This document shows, in pieces, positions 37,790-48,550 of a stretch of DNA of 64,000 nucleotides; position 1 is the stretch's first letter; each line of letters begins with the position of its first letter. Source of the DNA: a virus. The notes beneath the pieces are model-generated. The model was not told the DNA's origin and made no database searches. It saw nothing but the letters and a program-made list of their open reading frames with translations. Location of the stretch: positions 42,291 through 106,290 of the IMG/VR virus record IMGVR_UViG_3300025096_002712; one strand, written 5' to 3'. A program made the translations under genes and the position numbers.

Positions 37790-39120
37790 TGAATAAAATT
37801 AATATTTTATTAAATACATATACAGAACAATTAGATGGTTGGTCTAATTCAATAGGTACTTTAGAATCATCTGATTTTGGGGAATTTAATAAAATTCAGA
37901 TTTCTGATTTAAAGGATGATTCAAATTTTATTTTACCTATATCATGTGGTGGTTTACATAGATACCTTGATATACTTGATGGGGGTGGTAGTGGCGGAAA
38001 AACTTTTTTATATTTTTTAGATGAGAGAGTAAGAAATTTAATTCGTGAGGGAAGTGGTTATATTTTGATAAATTATATACATGAGGGACATATTCAACAT
38101 CAAAATTATAAAGATTTACATAATGAGTTATTAAAATATAAAATTCTAGCAAATAAAGTTTTTTTTGTTGCAAGTAATTTGAATGGTAAAAATCAATATA
38201 AAACTTTTTGTGATATAATGCCCACTTTAACAAAAGACAAGATGAATATTATTGAAGTGAACCATATGTTAGAGTCAAGTGTAGACATTTATCATTATGT
38301 TATTGATAATAATTACAATAAAGATTTAGATAAACTTTTACCATATAAACAATCATTTGTTAATAAAAAAGATTTAGATGATATGAGAGATACGATAAGG
38401 GAAAAGTATTTTTTATCTTACAATAGAGTAATCAGAGAGTATAGATTGGCATTAGTTGCAATGATTTATAAAATGGAGTTACAAAATAAAGGAATTATTA
38501 GTCTTGGGGCAAAAGAAGTAGATAGTGCTTTTGGTGGGGTTTGGCCAGCACATATAGGAGATTTTATAAAGGATAAGCAACAGAATGAAGTAGTAAGTAA
38601 TGCATTAAAAAAGATAAAACCATTATATCCTATTGATGCGGATGGTGATATAGATGCAAATTGGGTTTATAAAGATGGTGAAAAATGGGGTGGGGCTGTC
38701 GGTCAATGGTCTAATTTTTCTCATCAATATAAAAGAGTTTATTTTAATGTAGTTACTGAAAGTTGTTATTATGAAGATTGTATTTATATGAGCGAAAAAA
38801 TATTTAAACCAATTAGTAATTTAGTTCCATTTATAATAGTATCTAATCCATTTTTTCTTGCAAAGTTAAGAGAGATAGGATATAAAACTTTTTCACCTTG
38901 GATTGATGAGTCGTATGATGAAGAAGTGGATAATGATAAAAGATTTTTTATGATATTAGACGAGATAAAAAGATTATGTAGTATGTCAAAAGAAGAAATA
39001 CATAAATGGTATTATGAAATGGAAGATATTCTTTTATATAATCAAGAACATTTCGCAAATTATAAACACCAAGATAGAAAAAATTGTTGGACTGAAATAT
39101 CGGAGGTTATGGGTGGTTAA
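37789..39120 (+). CDS. GT10-like paralogue family (3 of 9)
   Basis: SYNR..REYR; YFNVVTES; SEKIFKPI; PFI; GYKTFSPWIDESYD. Confidence 0.5.
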   Translation: MNKINILLNTYTEQLDGWSNSIGTLESSDFGEFNKIQISDLKDDSNFILPISCGGLHRYLDILDGGGSGGKTFLYFLDERVRNLIREGSGYILINYIHEGHIQHQNYKDLHNELLKYKILANKVFFVASNLNGKNQYKTFCDIMPTLTKDKMNIIEVNHMLESSVDIYHYVIDNNYNKDLDKLLPYKQSFVNKKDLDDMRDTIREKYFLSYNRVIREYRLALVAMIYKMELQNKGIISLGAKEVDSAFGGVWPAHIGDFIKDKQQNEVVSNALKKIKPLYPIDADGDIDANWVYKDGEKWGGAVGQWSNFSHQYKRVYFNVVTESCYYEDCIYMSEKIFKPISNLVPFIIVSNPFFLAKLREIGYKTFSPWIDESYDEEVDNDKRFFMILDEIKRLCSMSKEEIHKWYYEMEDILLYNQEHFANYKHQDRKNCWTEISEVMGG

Positions 39121-39760
39121 AAAACTATTAGTAAATGGTTGTAGTTTTACTGTCGAAGATGTCCTTGATCCCGATAATTGGGGGGCGTTATTAGCAAGAA
39201 AACTTGGAGTATTAAATAATTATACAAATTTAGCTCTTGGTGGGGGTGGAAATGATAGAATTTATAGAACAACAATAGAATATTTAGAAAATTTAAATGA
39301 TAAATATTATAAAGAGTTGATGGTAATAATTTGTTGGTCATTTGAACCGAGGAGAGAATATATGTCCGATGGGGAATATGAATTAATTACTTGGGAAGAT
39401 CACCCGTATCTTTGGGATGTATTTGAGATTGGTAAAGAAAAGCCGAGTGGGCGTGATTTATTTACGACTACTGCTGTAAATTATGTTATAGGACTTCATA
39501 ATATCTTGGAGAATTTAAACATAAATAATTATCACTTTTTTGCTGACAGTTGGTTATCTGAAATTAAAAAACATAAAAAATTATTAGATTGTAGTAAATT
39601 CTATTTTGATAAACCTTACCACACTACCAATACAGATTATGATACTCCAAATTTACAAATAGATAAGATTTCAATTGATGATGATCATCCAGGACCAAAA
39701 TCAAAAGAATTAGTTAGTGAACTTTTATATGATAAAATAAAACATAATTTTTTAAAATGA
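39113..39760 (+). CDS. SGNH/GDSL-fold protein, 4 of 4
   Basis: GTG start after GGAGG; NGCSFT; NLALGGGGNDRIYR; WS..RRE; DDDHPG. Confidence 0.7.
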   Translation: MVKKLLVNGCSFTVEDVLDPDNWGALLARKLGVLNNYTNLALGGGGNDRIYRTTIEYLENLNDKYYKELMVIICWSFEPRREYMSDGEYELITWEDHPYLWDVFEIGKEKPSGRDLFTTTAVNYVIGLHNILENLNINNYHFFADSWLSEIKKHKKLLDCSKFYFDKPYHTTNTDYDTPNLQIDKISIDDDHPGPKSKELVSELLYDKIKHNFLK

Positions 39761-40266
39761 TTAGAAAAGAAGAACTTAAATACATTAAAGAGGTGTATGA
39801 AGAACCTGATGGATATCTACACTACACAAAGTTTTTTGACTATGTTGGTATTGATAACTTTGGTATTATACCAGATATTGACCATTGGGATGAAATACAA
39901 CATTGTATAAGGCCTACCAAAAATGAAAATGAATTTAGGGGAGATAAAAAAAAAGTAACAGTATGTCAATGTGTATGGGAAATGACTGGTAAAAATACTC
40001 ATGGTGCATTAGTATATTACTTACGAGAAGTTATTAAGGCAGGTGGAGTAATGCCAGTAGATGTTAAAATTGAAGATGGAAAGGTTACTTATTTGGATGG
40101 TTCTCATAGAGTAACTGCACACATACAACTTGGAAACGAAATGATTCCTGTTTATATTAATCGAGAGAAACACCATTGGGTGACTTGTTGGAGACCTGGT
40201 ATGATTTTGGAAGATGGAACTCTTGATATGAGTTATGATTTTAGTAATGAGGGTATCATTGCATGA
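39757..40266 (+). CDS. ParB/Srx-like N-terminal domain protein
   Basis: PVDV...YLDGSHRVTAHIQLG...IPV. Confidence 0.55.
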   Translation: MIRKEELKYIKEVYEEPDGYLHYTKFFDYVGIDNFGIIPDIDHWDEIQHCIRPTKNENEFRGDKKKVTVCQCVWEMTGKNTHGALVYYLREVIKAGGVMPVDVKIEDGKVTYLDGSHRVTAHIQLGNEMIPVYINREKHHWVTCWRPGMILEDGTLDMSYDFSNEGIIA

Positions 40267-41381
40267 TAGATATTTTAACGATTAAATATTGGAATAAAAT
40301 TGAAATAATGAATGAACAAGATGTTATTTCATATGAAGATGGGAGATGGCCAGATAAGAACTTACCATTTTCATTTCCAGAGTTTAATAGAGATAAGTTT
40401 AATTTTATAGAATCCCCTACTAAAAAATATATTGTATTTTTTGCATTAAAGTTGGGTATGGGATTTAATAAAGAAGATATAGAGAATGATAGATTATGGA
40501 AAGAAATTGTAGAAGATTTAAAAAACGATAAATGTAAAATAATATTTTATAGTCCAGATTGGGATTCAAGTGATTTAGTAGAAGATTTAGGTGTACCAAA
40601 CGCATATGTTGTAAGTGGAGAACATGGTGATAATGAAGATGTTTTATATGTAGATTTTGTGGGAATATCATATGTCGATAAACAAAATAAATATGTAGAT
40701 TTTTCTAAGTATTTTGAATCAATGAAACCATACAATAGAGATTTTCATTTTTTAAGTTTCAATCATCATTTAAAGGAAGAAAGATTTCACTTATACAATT
40801 TTCTTAAAGAGAATGATATACTTAAAAAAACAAAGCACACTTTCTTCTCTCAGTATAAAAAATCAGAAATTGAAAATGCATTCGGTAGTTCAGAAGGATT
40901 ACCAACAAAAGGTGATATGAATGATGTTAAGTTATTACCAGGTAATTTTCAGAATGAAGAATTTTATTTAAATACATCAGCACAATTTAATTCTTATATA
41001 AATATAACTACTGAAAATAGAATTAGTAGTGATGAAATATTTTTGGCAGAAAGAATACATAAAAATTTCATGACCTTTCAACCATTTATTGTGATAGGAC
41101 AACCAAATACATTATTGTTGTTGAAGAAGTGGGGATATAAAACATTTGAACCACTAATCAATGAAGAATATGATAGAGAATTGGATTTTGATACGAGATT
41201 TAAAATGATAAAAGAAAATATTATTAGGCTATCTATTTATAGTATAGATGAACTACACAATTTATATTATAATATACAAGATATTCTTTACCATAACTTT
41301 AACCATTTAAAAACACAATATGATTACGAATTAAAGAGATTCGAAATTTTTTTGGAGGACTTATATAATGAAAGTTCATAA
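40263..41381 (+). CDS. GT10-like paralogue family (4 of 9)
   Basis: SFN; SYINITTEN; AERI; QPFIVIG; GYKTFEPLINEEYD. Confidence 0.5.
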   Translation: MIDILTIKYWNKIEIMNEQDVISYEDGRWPDKNLPFSFPEFNRDKFNFIESPTKKYIVFFALKLGMGFNKEDIENDRLWKEIVEDLKNDKCKIIFYSPDWDSSDLVEDLGVPNAYVVSGEHGDNEDVLYVDFVGISYVDKQNKYVDFSKYFESMKPYNRDFHFLSFNHHLKEERFHLYNFLKENDILKKTKHTFFSQYKKSEIENAFGSSEGLPTKGDMNDVKLLPGNFQNEEFYLNTSAQFNSYINITTENRISSDEIFLAERIHKNFMTFQPFIVIGQPNTLLLLKKWGYKTFEPLINEEYDRELDFDTRFKMIKENIIRLSIYSIDELHNLYYNIQDILYHNFNHLKTQYDYELKRFEIFLEDLYNESS

Positions 41382-42069
41382 TTATGACACTCAAAAATAT
41401 TCATTCAAGATATTACTTGAAGATTTATTAGAGTGCAAATTAGAAAAGATACACGAAAAATATAAAATTAGTAGTGAAGAAATAGTTGGTAAGGTGTATG
41501 AGTATTTTAGAACCGATAATGATTTTCAGTCTTTGTGGAAGTCTTTCTGTAAAGATGTAATAAAGAACATTCTTGAAGATACAAAAATAGTAGTTCAACA
41601 ATTACCATCCGTTAAGATTATACCATCAAAGGAAAAACTAACTGAGTCAGATGAAAATAATGAATGGGTACAATTTGGTGGTAAGATAGTTGAACAAGAT
41701 GGAATTAAATTTAATTGCCATACAGATGGCGAGGCACCATTTCATCATCCAAGTTGGGAAACTAATTTTTGGATACCAATGATTAATGTGGATGATGATA
41801 ACACAATGTATGTAATGGATGATAAGGGCCAACTTAAACCTTGTTTACTTAAACACGGACAAATATTAGAGGCAGACCTCAATACTATTCGACATGGTGT
41901 AAAAACTTTTAATAATTCTAAAAACAGTAGAGTTTCTTTGGATTGTAGGGGATTGGCATATAGAGAATATGATACCGATAAATTATCAGATACTATAATA
42001 AAATCCAAAAATATTAATTTCCAACAATCAGAATATTTCTCGGTTGGTCAATATTATATGGAAGTGTAA
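41368..42069 (+). CDS. 2OG-Fe(II)-type oxygenase, StrG-like
   Basis: QQLPSVKI; HTD...HP..ETNFWIP; HG...N....RVSLDCR; paralogous to 61954. Confidence 0.55.
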   Translation: MKVHNYDTQKYSFKILLEDLLECKLEKIHEKYKISSEEIVGKVYEYFRTDNDFQSLWKSFCKDVIKNILEDTKIVVQQLPSVKIIPSKEKLTESDENNEWVQFGGKIVEQDGIKFNCHTDGEAPFHHPSWETNFWIPMINVDDDNTMYVMDDKGQLKPCLLKHGQILEADLNTIRHGVKTFNNSKNSRVSLDCRGLAYREYDTDKLSDTIIKSKNINFQQSEYFSVGQYYMEV

Positions 42070-42071
42070 AA

Positions 42072-43985
42072 ATGAAAAATGTTTATTTATTTGAAATAGC
42101 TGATGTTACAGCGCAACAAGTAAAATTACCTTATAGTACTGGTTTAATTTGGGGACATTGCCATAAAAATAAAAATATAACAGATAACTATAAATTAGAT
42201 GGTTGGTTTTATTATCGTGAACCGATAGAAGTAATTATGAAACGATTAGATAATCCAACTGTAATAGGATTTTCAGATTTTGTTTGGAATACACAATATG
42301 ACCATAAAATTGCAAAACAAATAAAACAGAAGTATCCTAATTGTATTATTGTTTTCGGTGGACAAGGAACACCGAAGGCAGATAGAGTTTCTAACTTTTT
42401 TAAAGAAAGTCCATATGTAGATATTGCAGTACATGGTGAAGGTGAGGTTACATTTGAAGATATACTAATAGAAAACTTAAAAGAAAAACCTGACTTTAAA
42501 AATGTATTGGGGTGTTCGGTTAGAAAATCAGATTTAAGTGCACACACTACACTACCAAGACCAAGAATAGATGATATTGATTCTATGCCAAGTCCTTACT
42601 TAGATGGTCTATTTGATGAACTCGTAGAAAATAAAGACCACGAGTATGATTTTGAAGGGGCAATAGAAACCGTTAGGGGGTGTCCATATCGTTGTACATT
42701 TTGTGATATAGGAGATTTATATTTTCAAAAAATTAAAAAACAATCAAATGAAAAGGTATTTAAAGAATTAGATTGGTTAGTAGATAATAATGTAGAATTT
42801 TTATATAATGCAGATTCTAACTTTGGGATGTTTAAAGAACATAGAGATATTGTTAAATATATGACAGATTTAAAAAGTAAAACTGGATATCCTGATAATA
42901 TTCGTGTTGATTGGGCAAAGGCTAAAGCGGATAAGGTTATTGATTTGGCTAAATTATTAACTGATGCGAATATGATGAAAGGAATTACTATTGCTCTACA
43001 ATCTATGAGTCCAGAAGTATTAGATGCGGTAAAGAGAAAAAATGTGGATGGTGGAAAGTTAAAAGAGTTTTTTGAATTATATAAAGGTGAAAATTTAAAA
43101 ACATATATTGAATTAATTCTTGGACTTCCAAAAGAAACCGTTAAATCATTTAAGGATGGAATATTTCAAATATTAGATTTGGAATATTATGATTACATTG
43201 GTGTGTATCCAATGACAGTTTTACCTAATACACCATTTGCAGAACCAGAATATGTTGAAGAATATGGTATTGATGTAACAGAAACATTACCCGCATTTTT
43301 TCACCATGATTATCCACAGGGTATGAAAGATGAAACTTCAACGATGGTAGTTGGACATAAGACATTAACTCGTGATGAGTATATTGAAATGAGTATGTGG
43401 AGATGGTTATTTATGTTTGGTCATAATCTTGGGTATTTACAATATATGGCAAGATTTTTAAAATCTATTAAGGGAATATCCTATAGTGAGTTTTATGAAA
43501 AATTTTATTCATATATGATTGATAATCCTACTACTCTTGTCGGTAAAGAATATTTAGAAACACAAAAAAGATTTAGGGGTATTCTTAATAGAACAGAGTA
43601 TTGGGGAAGAAGTATAGATGAAATTAAAAAGGATTATTATTGGGATTTTGAAGAGGCAACCGCGCTAGTTTTTTCAATAAATGAAGATGAATGGTATAAA
43701 GATTTGAGAGTATTTTTAAGACAATTTGATTTGGGTGCAAAACTTGAAGATGATATACTTAATTTTCAGCACTTATTTGTTTCGAATCCACTTCAAGTAT
43801 ATCCAGTCAAAAAGGATTTTAATTATAATATAAAAGAAGTTTTATTTGAAAACAAAAAATTAAAAAATTCAGGTTATGAATACACCTTTGAAAATAAAAA
43901 TTATCAACGAGATTTATTAAAATGGTGTAAGGAAATGATGTGGTGGGGCAGAAGAAATATGCAACATCAATCAGTAGTTTTATAA
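42072..43985 (+). CDS. Cobalamin-binding radical SAM protein (LPYSTG subfamily)
   Basis: KLPYSTGLIW; HGEGE; ETVRGCPYRCTFC; ADSNFG. Confidence 0.88.
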   Translation: MKNVYLFEIADVTAQQVKLPYSTGLIWGHCHKNKNITDNYKLDGWFYYREPIEVIMKRLDNPTVIGFSDFVWNTQYDHKIAKQIKQKYPNCIIVFGGQGTPKADRVSNFFKESPYVDIAVHGEGEVTFEDILIENLKEKPDFKNVLGCSVRKSDLSAHTTLPRPRIDDIDSMPSPYLDGLFDELVENKDHEYDFEGAIETVRGCPYRCTFCDIGDLYFQKIKKQSNEKVFKELDWLVDNNVEFLYNADSNFGMFKEHRDIVKYMTDLKSKTGYPDNIRVDWAKAKADKVIDLAKLLTDANMMKGITIALQSMSPEVLDAVKRKNVDGGKLKEFFELYKGENLKTYIELILGLPKETVKSFKDGIFQILDLEYYDYIGVYPMTVLPNTPFAEPEYVEEYGIDVTETLPAFFHHDYPQGMKDETSTMVVGHKTLTRDEYIEMSMWRWLFMFGHNLGYLQYMARFLKSIKGISYSEFYEKFYSYMIDNPTTLVGKEYLETQKRFRGILNRTEYWGRSIDEIKKDYYWDFEEATALVFSINEDEWYKDLRVFLRQFDLGAKLEDDILNFQHLFVSNPLQVYPVKKDFNYNIKEVLFENKKLKNSGYEYTFENKNYQRDLLKWCKEMMWWGRRNMQHQSVVL

Positions 43986-43987
43986 AA

Positions 43988-45049
43988 ATGGAAACACGAT
44001 TTTATTTAAATAATAAACTAATAGATAATTTTAATGAGATTTGGACGAATAGAATACTTTTCGAAAAGATCCAGGAAGTAAAAGTATCTAAACTTTGTGA
44101 TATTTTTTTGATTAAGCCTGGGTATCCAGAAGATAATCCATTTGATGTTATACAAACACTTGGTAAGGATAGAAAAATAATTGTGTGGTATATGGATACA
44201 GTTTCAAATCAGATATATTATAATCATAAAAATAGTATTAATATGTTATGTGAGAAGGGATATGATTTAAAAGTTATAATACCAGATCATTTAGACAATT
44301 ATGATTTATCTTGTGAGGTTTTTAATAATTATTCAATGGCAGATTGTATTTTAGAACAGCAAGAGAGAGATAAGTGGTTGATAAGCTATTTATATAATGA
44401 TAGAAAAAAATTGTATAGACAAAAATATTTTTTATCCTTTAACGGAGTTCCTAAACTTCATAGGATTGCACTTTTAGGTCTTATTATTTCTAATAATTTG
44501 TTGAAAAAATTTGATATATCCTTCAATTCATTTTTTTGGAATGAAGAATTAAATTTAAGTGGTTTAAGTGAGTATAATATTGAGAAGTTTGATACTTCAA
44601 TTTTACCTTTACATTTGGATTTGTTAGAATCAACATATTATACATCCACTAAATTGAATTTACCATTATATTCTAATTCTTATATAGATATAGTTTCTTG
44701 CTCTAATTATAATAGGGATGGTGTTTATATTGATGAAAAAACTTATAAATCCTTTGCATGTATGAAACCATTTATTTTAGTTAGTCAATGTGGGGCATTA
44801 AAAAAATTAAGAGAATTGGGATTTAAAACTTTTTCACCTTGGATAGACGAATCATATGATGATGAAAAGAATCATGTTAAAAGAATGAGTTTAATTGTTG
44901 AAGAAATAAAAAGAATCTCTAAATTATCATTAAAAGAAATTGATAAAATGTATTTTGATATGGAGTTGGTTTTGAAACACAATAGTAGTCAATTAGGAAT
45001 TTATATACATAATACAGATAAAAAAATATTGGGTATTTTTAATGATTGA
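43988..45049 (+). CDS. GT10-like paralogue family (5 of 9)
   Basis: SFNG.PKLHR; SYIDIVS; DEKTYK; PFI; GFKTFSPWIDESYD. Start placed at ATG 43988. Confidence 0.5.
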   Translation: METRFYLNNKLIDNFNEIWTNRILFEKIQEVKVSKLCDIFLIKPGYPEDNPFDVIQTLGKDRKIIVWYMDTVSNQIYYNHKNSINMLCEKGYDLKVIIPDHLDNYDLSCEVFNNYSMADCILEQQERDKWLISYLYNDRKKLYRQKYFLSFNGVPKLHRIALLGLIISNNLLKKFDISFNSFFWNEELNLSGLSEYNIEKFDTSILPLHLDLLESTYYTSTKLNLPLYSNSYIDIVSCSNYNRDGVYIDEKTYKSFACMKPFILVSQCGALKKLRELGFKTFSPWIDESYDDEKNHVKRMSLIVEEIKRISKLSLKEIDKMYFDMELVLKHNSSQLGIYIHNTDKKILGIFND

Positions 45050-46283
45050 TGTAGTTTATATTAAATATGTAGATGGCAAATATAATATTGTTACTGATAT
45101 GGGATTGGTTTTTGATAATAGTTTTTTCATGGATAAGTTTTCTAATATTAATAATTTTGTTAATAATGAAATTAATTTGTGTGATAATTTTCCAAGTAAT
45201 GAGTATGTGATAATATTAGATCCAGAAGATGCAGCAGATGCTATACGATATATTGAATCTTCTAAAAATATTATTTCAGATTTAAAAAAAAATAAATGTA
45301 GGATATTTGTTACTATAAGAGAAGGAGCAGTAAATGATAATGGTAGTACCCATTTTGATTTTGAAAATTCTACATATGATCCAGGGGAGTTAGGTTATAT
45401 AATAAAAGAAAATAAGATTCCACGAGATAATTTTATTTGGATGAGTCCTGAGATTTTGATAAATGATGAACATTATAGTGATTTTGATTTTACTCATAAA
45501 TTTTTTAATATTTGGTTACTAAAATTAGATAATGTTAGTAGATCACATTATTATCCACACATGATGAACTTGTTTAAAAGAGGAACAAACTTTTCGAGAA
45601 CAAAATATTTTTATACAGTTAATTCATCACCACGACCACATAGATTAGAATTGTTAGATTTTCTTAAAAATAACAATTTATTAAAATATGGAAATGCCAA
45701 TTTTTTTAGTAATGCACACGGAGAAACATCCAATAGTGATTATCATACTGATTGGATGGGTGTAGAGATGGTGGGTAGCAAAGATTTAAAATGGAATGAT
45801 GAAAACTATCATATGGGTGCACAAATTAATGATAATGAGAGTTATCTTCCAACATATGCAATTAATGTAGTTCAATCTTTTAATGCATATTTTCAAATTA
45901 TAACAACTTCTATATATGATTATGATAAAGATTGTAAATATCCATATATTTTTTTTAATGAAAAAATATGGAAGTCTATGATTACATTACAACCTTTTAT
46001 TATTATGTCTCAACCTAATATTTTAAGAATGTTAAAGGAGTTTGGATTTAAAACATTTCATCCATATATTGATGAGAGTTACGATAGTGTTTTAGATGAT
46101 GATGAAAGGAAAAATCTTATTTTTAAGGAGATAAAAAGATTGTGTTCTATGACAAGAGATGATATACATAAGTGGTTTTGGAATACAAAAGATATATTAG
46201 TACATAATCATAATAGACTTTCTGAATATTCAGATGAACATTGTGCTGATTTTATAGAATTATTGAAGAAAAATATTAATTAA
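45042..46283 (+). CDS. GT10-like paralogue family (6 of 9)
   Basis: N..PRPHR; AYFQIITT; NEKIWK; QPFI; GFKTFHPYIDESYD. Confidence 0.5.
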   Translation: MIDVVYIKYVDGKYNIVTDMGLVFDNSFFMDKFSNINNFVNNEINLCDNFPSNEYVIILDPEDAADAIRYIESSKNIISDLKKNKCRIFVTIREGAVNDNGSTHFDFENSTYDPGELGYIIKENKIPRDNFIWMSPEILINDEHYSDFDFTHKFFNIWLLKLDNVSRSHYYPHMMNLFKRGTNFSRTKYFYTVNSSPRPHRLELLDFLKNNNLLKYGNANFFSNAHGETSNSDYHTDWMGVEMVGSKDLKWNDENYHMGAQINDNESYLPTYAINVVQSFNAYFQIITTSIYDYDKDCKYPYIFFNEKIWKSMITLQPFIIMSQPNILRMLKEFGFKTFHPYIDESYDSVLDDDERKNLIFKEIKRLCSMTRDDIHKWFWNTKDILVHNHNRLSEYSDEHCADFIELLKKNIN

Positions 46284-46298
46284 TTATACTTATATATA

Positions 46299-46403
46299 AG
46301 TCCAGTAGTGATAACAGGGGGTATAAAAACCCAAAGACCTAACCGACTACAGAAAATGGACTATAAAAACGGAGGCACTTTAAATAGTGTCCTTATAATG
46401 AGG
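46299..46403 (+). ncRNA. Structured 5' leader RNA (candidate cis-regulatory element)
   Basis: Four nested stems AGTCCA/TGGACT, GTAGT/ACTAC, AGG/CCT, GGGT/ACCC (46299-46362); then hairpin GGCACT/AGTGTC and CCTTA/TGAGG over the SD; preceded by TACTTATAT at 46287. Confidence 0.55.
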
Positions 46404-46411
46404 ATTTTTTA

Positions 46412-47443
46412 ATGCGAGTTTTAATAACAGGTATTACAGGTTTTGTCGGTAGTCATATGGTAGACTACTTAATCAAAAATGTTCCAAATGTAGAAATATT
46501 TGCAATTCGAAGGTGGAGAAGTAGAGACGATAGTATTAAACATTTATATTCTCCTGAAAAATATGGCGATGATAAACAAGATAATGTTCAATTCATAGAG
46601 TCAGATTTATTAGATAGGGGAAGTATTTATAATGCAATTTATATTTCAAAACCAGATGTTGTTTATCATTTTGCCGCTCAAAGTTTTCCAGAAGCTAGTT
46701 TTCTAACACCAAGTAGTACGCTAACTACTAACATAATAGGAACTACAAATCTCTTAGAAGAATTACGACTTGCAAAAGAAAGAAATTATTGTAATCCTAC
46801 AATAATAAGTGTTTCTTCATCAGAAGTTTATGGTAATCCAACCGAAGATGAAATACCAATCACAGAAGATAATCCAATTAGAGCAGCAAATCCCTATTCT
46901 ATATCAAAAGTTGGACATGATTTAATGTCCCAATATTATCATAAGGCATATGATATGAAAGTTATAATCACTCGAATGTTTTCACACGAGGGTTCTCGTA
47001 GAGGAAAACGATTTGCATTATCATGGTTTGCATATCAAATAGCAATGGCAGAAAATAGAGAGGATTTTCCGCCCTATGCTCCAAGTTTTCCAACACATCC
47101 TATTAAACACGGAAATCTTGATTCTGTTAGAACTTACAATCATATAGAAGATGCAGTTTATGCCTATTGGTTGGCAGTAGATAAATGTGATTATGGAGAA
47201 GTGTATAACATCGGTGGAGATTATACTTGTACGGTTGGAGATGCATTAGATATGTTGATATCCAAATCAAAAAATCCAAAGGCCTTTATAAAAGAACTTG
47301 ATCCTGATAGAGTCAGGCCAACAGATATCACATTGCAGATACCAAGTAGTGATAAGTTTAGAGAAAAAACTGGATGGAAACCAACAAAAGGATTGGAAGA
47401 AATTTGTGAAGATTTATTAAATTATTGGAGAGGGGTTTTATAG
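46412..47443 (+). CDS. gmd: GDP-mannose 4,6-dehydratase family protein
   Basis: ITGITGFVGSH; HFAAQS; SSSEVYG; PYSISK; RMFSHEG.RRG; GNLDSVR. Confidence 0.8.
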   Translation: MRVLITGITGFVGSHMVDYLIKNVPNVEIFAIRRWRSRDDSIKHLYSPEKYGDDKQDNVQFIESDLLDRGSIYNAIYISKPDVVYHFAAQSFPEASFLTPSSTLTTNIIGTTNLLEELRLAKERNYCNPTIISVSSSEVYGNPTEDEIPITEDNPIRAANPYSISKVGHDLMSQYYHKAYDMKVIITRMFSHEGSRRGKRFALSWFAYQIAMAENREDFPPYAPSFPTHPIKHGNLDSVRTYNHIEDAVYAYWLAVDKCDYGEVYNIGGDYTCTVGDALDMLISKSKNPKAFIKELDPDRVRPTDITLQIPSSDKFREKTGWKPTKGLEEICEDLLNYWRGVL

Positions 47444-48036
47444 TGAAAAATAGATTTTATGCAGTGGATATGTTTTATTATCCTTATGTCCAAAAACATT
47501 TGGGTGATAAATCACTACAAAATATTGTAACTACTGGTGGTTCTTTTGGAGCAATACATTGTGAAATTAAAAGACACGATGAACTTACATATGAAAATAT
47601 TTTTCATTATGAATTGATGGATAATCAAATACTTGACTTTGAGGATCAACGCCAATTTGGGGGTAAAATAGGTGGTAATGTAAAAAGTAAATCAGGACAA
47701 ATAATAAAAGATAATATTTTATGTCCAGATGACCCCATTCAATCTGTAAATTTAATTTATGCTGATGTCGGTGGAAATGGAGAATTGTATGATATAATGA
47801 TGGAAGGTGGTATTGAAAACGGGGTGAATAAAATACTTGAAGCTGGATTTGTTAATAATAAACTTGGAATATTAGTTTTTTTATATTTTGATGGGATAGG
47901 AATAGAACCATTTTTAGATAAACAATATGGTTCTTATAAATCAAAAGATTTTTTTAGTTCAAACATCGTGTGGGATGATGGACAACCAAACTGTTCTGGA
48001 ACTCAAAGATTAGATGGAGTAGTATTTTATGAGTGA
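47443..48036 (+). CDS. Hypothetical protein
   Basis: GTG start overlapping the upstream TAG; coupled on both sides; no motif recognised. Confidence 0.6.
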   Translation: MKNRFYAVDMFYYPYVQKHLGDKSLQNIVTTGGSFGAIHCEIKRHDELTYENIFHYELMDNQILDFEDQRQFGGKIGGNVKSKSGQIIKDNILCPDDPIQSVNLIYADVGGNGELYDIMMEGGIENGVNKILEAGFVNNKLGILVFLYFDGIGIEPFLDKQYGSYKSKDFFSSNIVWDDGQPNCSGTQRLDGVVFYE

Positions 48037-48550
48037 TTTTAAAGTAGAAGTAATAGATTCAGAAGTGTTTCCTGAGGTGAAAATATTGAAACCTGATCCT
48101 TGGTTTGATTATCGCGGTGAAATGTGGACATTTTGGGAAAAGGAAAACGAAGTGTTACCAAAAAAACACGAATGGAAAATATCCAAGTTTACTCGTTCAA
48201 GAAAAAATGTTCTTCGTGGATTACACGGAGATAATGTAACTTGGAAAAATATTACTTGTGTGTGGGGAGAAATATATCTGGTAGTTGTAGATAACCGACC
48301 AGATTCAGTAAATTATTTAGAATGGGATAGTTTTCTTATTTCTGAAAGAAATCATTTGAGTGTCTTAGTTCCACCTAATTTTTTAAATGGTCATTTATGT
48401 TTAAGTGAAGAATGTTTATTTCATTATACACAGGCATATCCAAACGACTACGTAGATTGGCAAGACCAAGATACTGCTAAGTGGAATGATGAAAGAATAG
48501 GAATAGAGTGGCCTATAAAAAACCCTATATTAAATTGGAGAGATAAGTGA
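48029..48550 (+). CDS. rmlC: dTDP-4-dehydrorhamnose 3,5-epimerase family (RmlC-like cupin)
   Basis: DYRG; SRKNVLRGLH; VVVDNRPDS; PPNFLNGHL; WNDERIGIEWP. Confidence 0.88.
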   Translation: MSDFKVEVIDSEVFPEVKILKPDPWFDYRGEMWTFWEKENEVLPKKHEWKISKFTRSRKNVLRGLHGDNVTWKNITCVWGEIYLVVVDNRPDSVNYLEWDSFLISERNHLSVLVPPNFLNGHLCLSEECLFHYTQAYPNDYVDWQDQDTAKWNDERIGIEWPIKNPILNWRDK

